Counted from the stretch's first letter, positions 10,056 to 18,762 are shown. The stretch is DNA of 39,118 nt from Proteobacteria bacterium UBA1858 (GCA_002338385.1 DDIE01000014.1:1-39118), one strand, 5' to 3'. Translations and numbers: made by a program. The notes: generated by a model from the letters alone, not told the origin.

Positions 10056-10225
10056 ATGTCATTAAATCCTATGTAATAACCCGAGTTAAAAATTTCATCG
10101 CCGCTGGGCGGCGGCGCTAGTATAACCCAATTCGAGTCAGATTTTAGGTCATACAGCCACAATTCGTTATGATATATTCACCAGCTTAGATCAATTTATA
10201 ACCAATTTATAGTCGCTTAAACATC

Positions 10226-10711
10226 ATGCATTGCCTAAACACAATTCCAGACCAGACAATCTATCCTCTGCTATCACGATATCAGTTGAAGGTCTTGCGT
10301 GTGCCCGGGGATAGCACCATTCCATATAGCTTTTGGGGCGATCCTGAAGCCGGGCGCTGGCACTCAACACTGTATGTACGCGCCGATACTCCACTGCATT
10401 CTCTGCTCCACGAGAGCGCACATTATGTGTGCATGTCGAATCAACAGCGTATGGTTGATAGCATTGACGCTAAAGGCAGCGCACTTGAAGAAGCCGCTTG
10501 TTGCTATCTGCAGCTAGTATGGTCGGACTACATTGACGGCTTCAATCGCCAGCTGCACATGCAAGACATGGATCAATGGGGTTACAATTTCCGTTTGGGT
10601 TCCACCGCACGCTGGTTCAAGGGAGACAGCGAAGATGCCAGACAGTGGCTGATCAGACATAAAATTATCGAGAGCAACGATTCGCCTACGTGGAGAGTTC
10701 GCAGCCACTAG
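10226..10711 (+). CDS. hypothetical protein with HExxH motif (possible small zinc-dependent hydrolase)
   Basis: 161-aa ORF containing HESAH, followed about 25 residues later by LEEAA (a gluzincin-like arrangement). No family recognised. Confidence 0.55.
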   Translation: MHCLNTIPDQTIYPLLSRYQLKVLRVPGDSTIPYSFWGDPEAGRWHSTLYVRADTPLHSLLHESAHYVCMSNQQRMVDSIDAKGSALEEAACCYLQLVWSDYIDGFNRQLHMQDMDQWGYNFRLGSTARWFKGDSEDARQWLIRHKIIESNDSPTWRVRSH

Positions 10712-10755
10712 AAATAATGGTAGCATCGGCATAATAATTAACAGGTAACAAATAT

Positions 10756-12030
10756 ATGAAAATAGAAACTATTGCAATTCATGGCGGCTACTCACCTGAG
10801 CCTACCACTAAGGCGGTGGCCGTGCCGATCTACCAGACCACATCTTACTCATTTGATGACACCCAACACGGTGCTGATCTGTTCGACCTGAAAGTCGAAG
10901 GCAATATATATACACGTATTATGAATCCAACCAGTGCCGTATTGGAACAACGTGTAGCCGCCATGGAGGGCGGCATCGCCGGCTTAGCCCTGTCCTCTGG
11001 CATGGCCGCAATTACCTACGCTATTTTTGCGATTGCCGAACAAGGGGACAATATTGTATCCACCGCCTCACTCTACGGCGGCACCTACAATTTGTTTGCC
11101 CACACACTGCCACGCCTAGGTATTGAGGTACGTTTTGCCGATCAACATGACGTTGAGGGCATGGAAAAACTGATAGACGATAATACTAAAGCGGTGTTTG
11201 CAGAATCACTTGGCAATCCTGCTGGCAATATTCTCGACATTAGTACGGTCGCCGACATGGCGCATAAACACGGTGTCCCACTGATGATTGATAACACCGT
11301 ACCTACCCCTTATCTGTGCCGTCCGATTGAGTATGGGGCTGATGTCGTAATTCACTCACTGACAAAATACATGGGCGGTCATGGCACTTCGATAGGCGGT
11401 ATCATCGTTGACTCCGGCCAGTTTCCATGGGCCGAGCATGCGCAGCGCTTCCCCATGCTTAATCAGCCGGATCCCTCGTATCATGGCGTGGTGTATACCA
11501 AAGATATGGGCGCTGCCGCATTCATTGGCCGCGCACGCGTGGTCCCACTGCGCAATATGGGCTCGGCAATATCACCGTTCAATAGCTTCCAGATCTTGCA
11601 AGGGATCGAAACTTTACCGGTGCGGATGGACAGACATTGTGACAACGCACTGGCAGTTGCGCGCTATTTGCAACAGCATGAACACGTAAGCTGGGTGCGC
11701 TTTGCCGGACTGGATGACCATCCTGATAAAGCATTGGTTGATCGCTATATGGCAGGCAGAGCGTCAGCCATACTCAGCTTTGGCATCAAGGGCGGGGCTG
11801 AGGCCGGCGCGCGTTTCATTGATGCGCTTAATTTAGTTGTGCGTCTAGTCAATATTGGTGATGCCAAGTCACTGGCCTGCCACCCCGCCAGCACGACTCA
11901 TCGCCAACTCTCAACTGAAGAAAAACAGGCGGCGGGCGTAAGTGATGACCTGATCCGTCTGTCTATTGGTATTGAGCATATTGATGACATCATTGCAGAT
12001 CTTGCACAGGCACTCGCTCAAACCAGTTAA
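10756..12030 (+). CDS. metY: O-acetylhomoserine aminocarboxypropyltransferase (sulfhydrylase)
   Basis: 424-aa ORF. The N-terminus (TIAIHGGYSPEPTTKAVAVPIYQTTSYSF) and the PLP-lysine region (VIHSLTKYMGGHG) are typical of the MetY/Cys-Met metabolism PLP family. Confidence 0.92.
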   Translation: MKIETIAIHGGYSPEPTTKAVAVPIYQTTSYSFDDTQHGADLFDLKVEGNIYTRIMNPTSAVLEQRVAAMEGGIAGLALSSGMAAITYAIFAIAEQGDNIVSTASLYGGTYNLFAHTLPRLGIEVRFADQHDVEGMEKLIDDNTKAVFAESLGNPAGNILDISTVADMAHKHGVPLMIDNTVPTPYLCRPIEYGADVVIHSLTKYMGGHGTSIGGIIVDSGQFPWAEHAQRFPMLNQPDPSYHGVVYTKDMGAAAFIGRARVVPLRNMGSAISPFNSFQILQGIETLPVRMDRHCDNALAVARYLQQHEHVSWVRFAGLDDHPDKALVDRYMAGRASAILSFGIKGGAEAGARFIDALNLVVRLVNIGDAKSLACHPASTTHRQLSTEEKQAAGVSDDLIRLSIGIEHIDDIIADLAQALAQTS

Positions 12031-12040
12031 ACGCGTCGGC

Positions 12041-13000
12041 ATGTCACCTTATATTGCCCCGGGTGTATTTCGCAATGGTCATGTCAATAGCATTGTGTCT
12101 GTCTCGCCGGCACGCAAATTATTACTTAATCGACAGTGCCGGGATTTTCGGCGCGCAGCCACCCCAGTGATTATCCCAGCGCAACATAACATTCGCCTGT
12201 CAGCATTGATCAATCGCCAGCCTGGCAAGGCCTACACCGTGCTGTTAATGCACGGCTGGTTGGGTTGTGCCGATTCTTTGTATCTAATTTCACTCGGACA
12301 GGCATTATTTCAAGCGGGTTATCATGTCGTACGTCTGAATTTTCGTGATCACGGCAATAGCCATCATTTAAATGCACAATTGTTCCATTCGTGTCGTATC
12401 CAGGAAGTGATCAATGCCTGCGTATATATTCAGGATCAGTTTCAGTCCGACTTATCATTAATCGGTTTTTCGCTAGGGGGTAACTTTGCGCTGCGCGTGA
12501 ATGCCTACACCCAACGCTCAGAATTGGACCTGCATCGGAGCATTGCTATCTGTCCCGTGATTGATCCAGATAACACCCTAACCGCGCTGGAAAATAGCAT
12601 GCCAGTGTATGCCCATTATTTCATGCAGCGCTGGAAGAAAACGTTTTATGCAAAAGCTCAGACTTTTCCCACGCTGTACGCCAAAGCGAGCTTTGATGAG
12701 GCCCACGATCTGCGCACTGCAACCGCTAATCTGGCCACACAGTATGCCGGATTCTCTGATCTGGATAGCTACTTACAGGGTTATTCTATCTGCGGCCAGC
12801 GTCTTAGCACCCTACAAGCTGAAGCCATCACACTATTAGCTAAAGACGATCCGATCATTCCCTGGCAGGATAAAGACAAAATGTACCCAGCCGATAACCA
12901 CCAGATATTGACCAGCCAACATGGTGGTCATTGCGGCTTTCTCAATCACACTCTGAACAGCACATGGATTAACCGTTTGATTGTTGAGCACCTTCAATAG
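12041..13000 (+). CDS. alpha/beta-fold hydrolase, YheT/ABHD-like
   Basis: ATG 12041 was chosen because the longer ORF from 11966 overlaps the metY 3' end. It has the nucleophile elbow GFSLGGN, plus DDPIIP and HGGHCGF motifs collinear with E. coli YheT as I recall it. Confidence 0.85.
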   Translation: MSPYIAPGVFRNGHVNSIVSVSPARKLLLNRQCRDFRRAATPVIIPAQHNIRLSALINRQPGKAYTVLLMHGWLGCADSLYLISLGQALFQAGYHVVRLNFRDHGNSHHLNAQLFHSCRIQEVINACVYIQDQFQSDLSLIGFSLGGNFALRVNAYTQRSELDLHRSIAICPVIDPDNTLTALENSMPVYAHYFMQRWKKTFYAKAQTFPTLYAKASFDEAHDLRTATANLATQYAGFSDLDSYLQGYSICGQRLSTLQAEAITLLAKDDPIIPWQDKDKMYPADNHQILTSQHGGHCGFLNHTLNSTWINRLIVEHLQ

Positions 13001-13081
13001 TTAAGCCGCTGCAACTACTATTTGCTCACTCGCAAGGCTCGCTCTAAGCTACCCATTTGATTAACAGAGGAAGTGACCCTG

Positions 13082-13327
13082 ATGATGGACTTGATACAAG
13101 CGGTAATGGAATGGCCAGTTTATCGCTATGGCCTGTTGTTTTTCGCCCTGATTTCTGTCGTTCCGGCAATCGTCAGTGCCAACATGGTACAACACTTAGT
13201 GAGTAAGATTATCCACACCCCAGCCACATTTACGCAACATTTTATGGCTTTGCTATTCAATCTTGGCGTATGCCTAGTGTGCGCCACAATTATCTATTTT
13301 GCCGTGCGTATCTATATCACCCAATGA
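13082..13327 (+). CDS. small membrane protein, function unknown
   Basis: 81-aa ORF from ATG 13082, with AGAGGAAG about 9 nt upstream. Two hydrophobic segments (LLFFALISVVPAIV, LLFNLGVCLVCATIIYFAV). Confidence 0.5.
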   Translation: MMDLIQAVMEWPVYRYGLLFFALISVVPAIVSANMVQHLVSKIIHTPATFTQHFMALLFNLGVCLVCATIIYFAVRIYITQ

Positions 13328-13330
13328 GCA

Positions 13331-14533
13331 TTAAGCCGTTTTTTTGAGCACGCGAAACAGATCGTCCTTATTGGCTTTTTCCTGACACAAGTCCTGTTCT
13401 ACCGTCACTGAATACTGACTGATCTCTACTTCTTGTTGAATAGCCGAGGCCACGATGCCTGAATAGTAATGTATTTCTCCTAGGGCACTGAGCATCTCTT
13501 CCAGCGCGTGTTGCTGGCTCACCTCAAGCTGCTCCCTAATCACCAGTACGCCATTATTATTCAGGGTCTGCCAGGCCTTTGTAATCAAGCTCTGATATAC
13601 CTCTGGGGTCAGATCCGCGCGGATATGGCTCAATAGAATCACGTCTGCGGGCTGCAACTCCAGCTCATCTGCGCTGACATAATGTGTGCTGTGAGCTGAC
13701 TCTATGTGTGGCTTGAAATATTCTGCGACGCTATTTTGGATGGTGGGATTGGCCTCACCAATATGCCAGCTATCACCCCGCTGCATTTGAATAAACGGCG
13801 ATAAAATCAAATCACTGACGAGTAAGCCATAATCCTGACCAATGTGCTGGATAGTCACTGGTTTATCTTTGGCGTGAAAATCGATGATGATCCGCTCTAA
13901 CAGTGCACTTAGCTGATATTCTCGCCAGGCTAGCTCACACAAGGGTAAAAATTGCGCTTCCAGCTCAGCCGAGATGCTGGTTGCAGAAGCCTGCTGTTTG
14001 AGGCTGGCCAATAGTAGGTTGGCACGTTCTTGGAAGAACCACTCGACACTGCTTGGCATCGGCTTGGGCCATTTACGCCCAACCCTCAAAGTCATCACGC
14101 CATCGTTCTCTGCATTGATATTACTGGTACCGGACCAGCGCGAGCGACTCAAGAAAATATTCTCTAGGAAACTTCGCGACCAATAATGTTTTTCCGCCGC
14201 CTGACCCTCTGGATAGACGGGCAGAATGATCACGCCACCGGGTTTCACATGTTTCATTAACTGCAGCAGAAAGGAGGCACCCCAATAATTGGCGAACAGT
14301 GACACGCTGATTCCTATGTACACCCGATCTAAAGCTTGCGGCATTACGGGATAGAAAAAATTACCCACCTTGCCGTCTGAAAAATCGATGTCTACATGAC
14401 TACTAATGGGTGTCATGCTGTAAACATTCTGATCAGGACGGACTTGATTATTTTTATCCCGCTCGCCTGAAAAATAATATTCTAAATCTTCTTTGATGTA
14501 GTCTTCACCGAGATGCAGTATGACCTGACTCAT
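13331..14533 (-). CDS. uncharacterised protein with two tandem degenerate class-I methyltransferase-fold halves
   Basis: 400 aa from ATG 14533, with CAGGAA 7-8 nt upstream. Half 1 has HLGEDY (aa 7-12), DRVYIG (69) and KPGGVIILPV (98). Half 2 has HIGQDYG (230), ADVILLS (296) and NNNGVLVIRE (325). Spacing is the same in both halves, and the canonical GxGxG SAM loop is absent from both. Confidence 0.7.
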   Translation of the reverse strand: MSQVILHLGEDYIKEDLEYYFSGERDKNNQVRPDQNVYSMTPISSHVDIDFSDGKVGNFFYPVMPQALDRVYIGISVSLFANYWGASFLLQLMKHVKPGGVIILPVYPEGQAAEKHYWSRSFLENIFLSRSRWSGTSNINAENDGVMTLRVGRKWPKPMPSSVEWFFQERANLLLASLKQQASATSISAELEAQFLPLCELAWREYQLSALLERIIIDFHAKDKPVTIQHIGQDYGLLVSDLILSPFIQMQRGDSWHIGEANPTIQNSVAEYFKPHIESAHSTHYVSADELELQPADVILLSHIRADLTPEVYQSLITKAWQTLNNNGVLVIREQLEVSQQHALEEMLSALGEIHYYSGIVASAIQQEVEISQYSVTVEQDLCQEKANKDDLFRVLKKTA

Positions 14534-14622
14534 GCAATTTGTTCCTGAAAGTTGTCTGTGGACGGCGCCATACATTAGCAAAAAGAGCGGCCAAACAAAA
14601 CTACCTGACTGCGCTTATTCAG

Positions 14623-15120
14623 TCACTGATAGCGAATACGAATGATCTGATAGTGACTAGTACCAGCGGGCAGCTTTACCGTTATTTGATCATGCAAGCG
14701 GCGTTTGAGCATGGCTACCGCAAGTGGCGCATCCATACTAATATAATTTGCGGCGTGATCAAATTCATCTGGACCGACAATACGGTATTCTGTGTGCAAG
14801 CCTTGTTTATCCTCTAGGGTCACCCAGGCACCAAAATAAACACATTGTTGATCGCTAGGCGGCGCAGATACCACGGTAATATCCGCTAGACGCTTGTGTA
14901 AAAATCTCACCCGACTGTCTATTTCACGCAGTTGTTTTTTACCATAAATATATTCTGCATTTTCCGAGCGATCACCTTGCGCGGCTGCTTCTGTCACCGC
15001 TCGCGTAATCCGTGGACGCTTATCCGTCCATAAATAATCCAGCTCGTTTTGGAGCTTTTGTTTGCCTTCCGGTGTGATGTATTTCGAGCGTGGTGGTGCT
15101 GGTGGACGATAGCGACCCAT
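14623..15120 (-). CDS. greB: transcription elongation (cleavage) factor GreB
   Basis: 165 aa from ATG 15120 (a TTG at 15123 is one codon upstream). It has the Gre N-terminal coiled coil with the acidic tip (AAAQGDRSENAEYIYGKKQLREIDSRVRFL) and the C-terminal FKBP-like domain. Confidence 0.93.
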   Translation of the reverse strand: MGRYRPPAPPRSKYITPEGKQKLQNELDYLWTDKRPRITRAVTEAAAQGDRSENAEYIYGKKQLREIDSRVRFLHKRLADITVVSAPPSDQQCVYFGAWVTLEDKQGLHTEYRIVGPDEFDHAANYISMDAPLAVAMLKRRLHDQITVKLPAGTSHYQIIRIRYQ

Positions 15121-15124
15121 CAAT

Positions 15125-15352
15125 TCAAGCGGTTTCTATTTTAGTCCAACCGGCCAGCGTTGCCGGCGCATCATGCTGCTCCAACTGATCCCAGACAACA
15201 TAACCACTGCGCTGATGATAGACACTCAACGCGGCCACCTCGGGTGATTCAAAAGTGATCGTTGGCATACCATCCACCCATAAATCCCATAATCCAAGCG
15301 GTTCTTGGCGGATCTCAAATTGTGCCGTGTCTGTTTTAAGACAATATTCCAT
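15125..15352 (-). CDS. small hypothetical protein translationally coupled to greB
   Basis: The ORF is 75 aa from ATG 15352, or 101 aa from ATG 15430. Its TGA stop (15125-15127) lies 1-4 nt before the greB start. No family recognised, no clear SD, and the start is uncertain. Confidence 0.4.
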   Translation of the reverse strand: MEYCLKTDTAQFEIRQEPLGLWDLWVDGMPTITFESPEVAALSVYHQRSGYVVWDQLEQHDAPATLAGWTKIETA

Positions 15353-15417
15353 AAGCGAATGACTTATCTCAATGCGGTGTATAATAAAAGTATAAACCAG
15401 AATGCTCGGAGGATCGC

Positions 15418-15771
15418 ATGACGCAAGCAAATTTTGTCTTCCATGGCTTATTTCCCGATGTACGTCAGTCAGGAAAAACCCACAAAGAAATTGCTAAGGT
15501 GCTGTTTGATATTGATTTCAATGGTCAGTTCTACTCGCATCTGATCGCGGATATCGAGTATCTGGATGCCAGTCATGAATTAGAGGTGAGATGCCAATTA
15601 CCTATCCAGTGCGAGCAATTCGCACATGCGGCAGTCAACTATTATCAGTTTGCTCTCGGCCCGCAGAAAAACACTATCAGTCACAGTGGTCCCAAAGGCC
15701 CGAGTATCCTGACTCACAATGTCATTCGTGCAGAGTGGGGTGTTGCGCTGGAGGCCAGTGCGCTGACTTAA
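15418..15771 (+). CDS. hypothetical protein
   Basis: 117-aa ORF with a strong SD (GGAGGA 6-7 nt upstream of the ATG) and a TATAAT box at 15380-15385. No family recognised. Its stop overlaps the stop of the convergent methyltransferase gene (TTAA at 15768-15771). Confidence 0.6.
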   Translation: MTQANFVFHGLFPDVRQSGKTHKEIAKVLFDIDFNGQFYSHLIADIEYLDASHELEVRCQLPIQCEQFAHAAVNYYQFALGPQKNTISHSGPKGPSILTHNVIRAEWGVALEASALT

Positions 15772-16445
15772 GTCCCCAGCACAGACTGCACCTCATACAC
15801 GGTGTGTCCGCTATGTAAATATTTACGCTCATGCGCGGTCATAGCGGCACTAAGATCAATTCGTTGTGGTTGGCATGAGCGTGACGAGTTGCCACAGTGC
15901 CCAAGCGTCAACGCACGCGCGAATTCCTGTGCATAAATAGCCCAGTTAGTTCGCATAATCAGCTGGCCGCCAAGCTTGATCAAAACAGGAAATACCGCAT
16001 GTGCATGCCAGCGTCGTTGGACATGACCGGGCTTGGGCCATGGATTGGGATAGAGGATGTAATGGCGCTCAATTTTCCATTGCTGTTGGTGCATCAAGCG
16101 CCACACATGGATGCAGTCATTGCGCACCAGCAAAACATTGTCAGGTAAAGGCTGATCCAGTCCACGACCCAGACGATGAGCAGATTTATCTATGCCAATG
16201 ACACTGCAGTGTGGGTAACGCCCGGCCAGAATAACGCTGCTTTCACCGGTGCCGCAGCCACTGTCCAGAATGATCGGCTTAGCCTGAGCATTTACCCACT
16301 GTTGCACAGCCGAGAAACTCTGCTGTGCATACGCAGGAATATTTTCTTGATATTCTGTACACAAATGGCGTCGCACAATTTCATCCAAGCGTGGATGTGG
16401 CGCATTCTGACTACTCTCTATCTGTGGTGATGGTTCAAAATCCAT
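15768..16445 (-). CDS. TrmB-family SAM-dependent methyltransferase (tRNA m7G46 methyltransferase-like)
   Basis: 225-aa ORF with SAM motif I (ILDSGCGTGESS) and LYPNPWPKPGHVQRRW, which matches the TrmB signature FPDPWxKxRHxKRR. Confidence 0.8.
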   Translation of the reverse strand: MDFEPSPQIESSQNAPHPRLDEIVRRHLCTEYQENIPAYAQQSFSAVQQWVNAQAKPIILDSGCGTGESSVILAGRYPHCSVIGIDKSAHRLGRGLDQPLPDNVLLVRNDCIHVWRLMHQQQWKIERHYILYPNPWPKPGHVQRRWHAHAVFPVLIKLGGQLIMRTNWAIYAQEFARALTLGHCGNSSRSCQPQRIDLSAAMTAHERKYLHSGHTVYEVQSVLGT

Positions 16446-16463
16446 ACTGACAAGTCTAACCCT

Positions 16464-18557
16464 ATGAAACTAAAAACTCCGATTGCACCAAAAAACCCCC
16501 ATACCAGCACCTTACATGATGATACTCGTGTGGATGAATACGCCTGGTTACGTGATGATAATTGGCAATCAGTTATGCAATCACCGACCCTTTTACAGCC
16601 TGACATCAGAGCCTATCTAGAATCAGAGAATGCATATACTGAGGCCTGCATGCAAGACACTGATTGTTATCAGACACTTTTATATGAGGAAATGAAAGCG
16701 CGCATTAAAGATGATGATGCATCTGTGCCCTGTCGCGATGGTGAGTATTATTATTACCAGCGCTATGCTCCAGGTGCTCAGCATGCTTGCTATTATCGAC
16801 GTGACGCAAATGGCTGCGAGCAGCTGCTATTAGATGCCGACCTGTTAGCAAAACAACACGATTATTTTGACATCGGTGAATGTGAACACAGTCCTGATCA
16901 TCGCTATTTAGCCTACTGCACTGATACCAAGGGATCGGAGTTCTATACCCTATATATTATCGATTTAAGCACTGCTACTCAGCACCCACAGACGATAGAC
17001 AATATTCAAGGTAATTTTGTCTGGGCCATGGACAGCCGCACCCTGTTTTACACTACCTTGGATGAAAATCATCGCCCGGATAAGGTCTATCGCCATCAAC
17101 TGGATACGACTCCAGAGCCAGACCAATTGGTCTATCAAGAGCATGATGCCGGTTTTTTTGTTGGCTTGGATCGCACTGAATCGAACCGCTACATCTTGAT
17201 CGCAGTGCATGACCACACCACTACAGAAATTCATACGATTGATGCTTATCATCCGTGCTCAGCGGCTCACTGTTTTCAACCTCGCCTGACTGATATCGAA
17301 TACAGCATCAGTGATCGTGAGCAACTTTGGTACATCACCACCAACAAAGATAGCTGCAAGAATTTTAAGCTCATGACTGCCCCTTTGGATGCGACCGCGG
17401 CCGATAATTGGCAAGACCTCTACCTCCCTGAAAGCCAGTGTTTGTTGCGCGGCATCCTGCTATTTAAAGATTATATGGTGCGCCTGGAGCGTATCCATGG
17501 ATTACCAAAAATCACTGTATTACAGTTTGCGGGGCAACAACAGGATTACACAATCGCCTTTGATGAGGAGGCCTACGAGCTTGATATTGATGGTGGCTTT
17601 GAATTTGACACAGAGTGTTTGCGCTTCTCTTACACCTCCATGACCACACCGACACAGATTTTTGACTTCAATATGAGTACTCGGACACGCCAGCTACGCA
17701 AGCAACAAGAAATTCCCAGCGGTCATAACAGTACTGATTACATCACCCAACGCATCTTTGCTAAGACAAAAGACGGTAGCAAAATTCCTATTTCGCTGCT
17801 GTATCGAAAGGATACCCCATTAGATGGTCGCGCTCCTTGCCTGTTGTATGGCTATGGATCCTATGGCGCCAGTATGCCAGCAAGTTTTTCAAGCACACGC
17901 TTATCGCTAGTGGAACGTGGTTTTGTCTATGCCATTGCGCATGTCCGCGGCGGCATGGAGCTGGGTTATGACTGGTATACCGCAGGCAAACTGAAACATA
18001 AGAAAAATACGTTCAGCGACTTTATCGCTGTGGCTGAGACATTGATCGACCAACGCTATACATGCGCAGGTAATATCACCATCCATGGCGGTTCAGCCGG
18101 GGGCATGCTGATTGGGGCGGTGCTCAATCTTCGCGCCGAACTATTTAAATGCGCGATTGCCGATGTCCCGTTCGTTGATGTGCTCACCACCATGTGCGAT
18201 GCCAGCCTGCCCTTAACGCCACCGGAATGGCCAGAATGGGGCAACCCGTTAGAGGAGAGCAGTGCCTATGCCTATATCAAGAGTTATTCGCCCTACGATA
18301 ATGTTCACGCGCAAGTCTACCCGCATATATTAGTCACTGCCGGTCTGACTGATCCGCGCGTGACCTATTGGGAACCTGCCAAATGGGTCGCACGTCTGCG
18401 GGCAAGCAAGACTGATGACAATACCATCCTATTGAAAACTAACATGGAGGCCGGCCATGGCGGTGCCTCTGGGCGATTTGATAGTCTTAAAGAGATGGCG
18501 TTAATGGTGGCATTTATCCTTAAGTCCTATGACATGATTGCGACAGAAGATGGTTAA
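16464..18557 (+). CDS. ptrB: oligopeptidase B (S9A prolyl oligopeptidase family)
   Basis: 697-aa ORF. The N-terminus (TLHDDTRVDEYAWLRDDN) is collinear with E. coli PtrB as I recall it. It has the catalytic Ser motif GGSAGGMLIG and the distal D/H region (GLTDPRV, EAGHGG). Confidence 0.93.
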   Translation: MKLKTPIAPKNPHTSTLHDDTRVDEYAWLRDDNWQSVMQSPTLLQPDIRAYLESENAYTEACMQDTDCYQTLLYEEMKARIKDDDASVPCRDGEYYYYQRYAPGAQHACYYRRDANGCEQLLLDADLLAKQHDYFDIGECEHSPDHRYLAYCTDTKGSEFYTLYIIDLSTATQHPQTIDNIQGNFVWAMDSRTLFYTTLDENHRPDKVYRHQLDTTPEPDQLVYQEHDAGFFVGLDRTESNRYILIAVHDHTTTEIHTIDAYHPCSAAHCFQPRLTDIEYSISDREQLWYITTNKDSCKNFKLMTAPLDATAADNWQDLYLPESQCLLRGILLFKDYMVRLERIHGLPKITVLQFAGQQQDYTIAFDEEAYELDIDGGFEFDTECLRFSYTSMTTPTQIFDFNMSTRTRQLRKQQEIPSGHNSTDYITQRIFAKTKDGSKIPISLLYRKDTPLDGRAPCLLYGYGSYGASMPASFSSTRLSLVERGFVYAIAHVRGGMELGYDWYTAGKLKHKKNTFSDFIAVAETLIDQRYTCAGNITIHGGSAGGMLIGAVLNLRAELFKCAIADVPFVDVLTTMCDASLPLTPPEWPEWGNPLEESSAYAYIKSYSPYDNVHAQVYPHILVTAGLTDPRVTYWEPAKWVARLRASKTDDNTILLKTNMEAGHGGASGRFDSLKEMALMVAFILKSYDMIATEDG

Positions 18558-18762
18558 AAATTAAGCACAAATCGTGATTGGCTATTTTAAGCTAATGTTT
18601 CTACGGGCTATTTTTGAAATATGCAGAACAAAAAAAGTCGTCCAAAGAGTAATATTAGACTAGACATGTGCGGTTAGATGTCTACAATGACGAATCTTTT
18701 TTCAACACACCTCAATAAAACCTACATTGCATAGTAGTCAGAGTAAGGAAAGGGTATCTCAT

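Noticed and set aside
10099-10116. A GC-rich mini-hairpin, CGCCGC-TGG-GCGGCG, in the otherwise A/T-rich region between the cytochrome c operon and the HExxH gene.
   Set aside because: It has only 6 bp with a 3-nt loop (or an alternative register). It is not followed by a U-tract and is not positioned after any gene. It may be part of a 5' UTR, but this cannot be supported.
11966-12040. Upstream extensions of several ORFs that overlap the preceding gene: the hydrolase from 11966, mreD from 6432, DUF1365 from 23072, the SDR from 21063, and the pseudo-methyltransferase up to 14581.
   Set aside because: In each case an internal ATG with a better SD or a stop/start overlap gives the expected family N-terminus. 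The extensions are out-of-frame read-through of the neighbouring gene.
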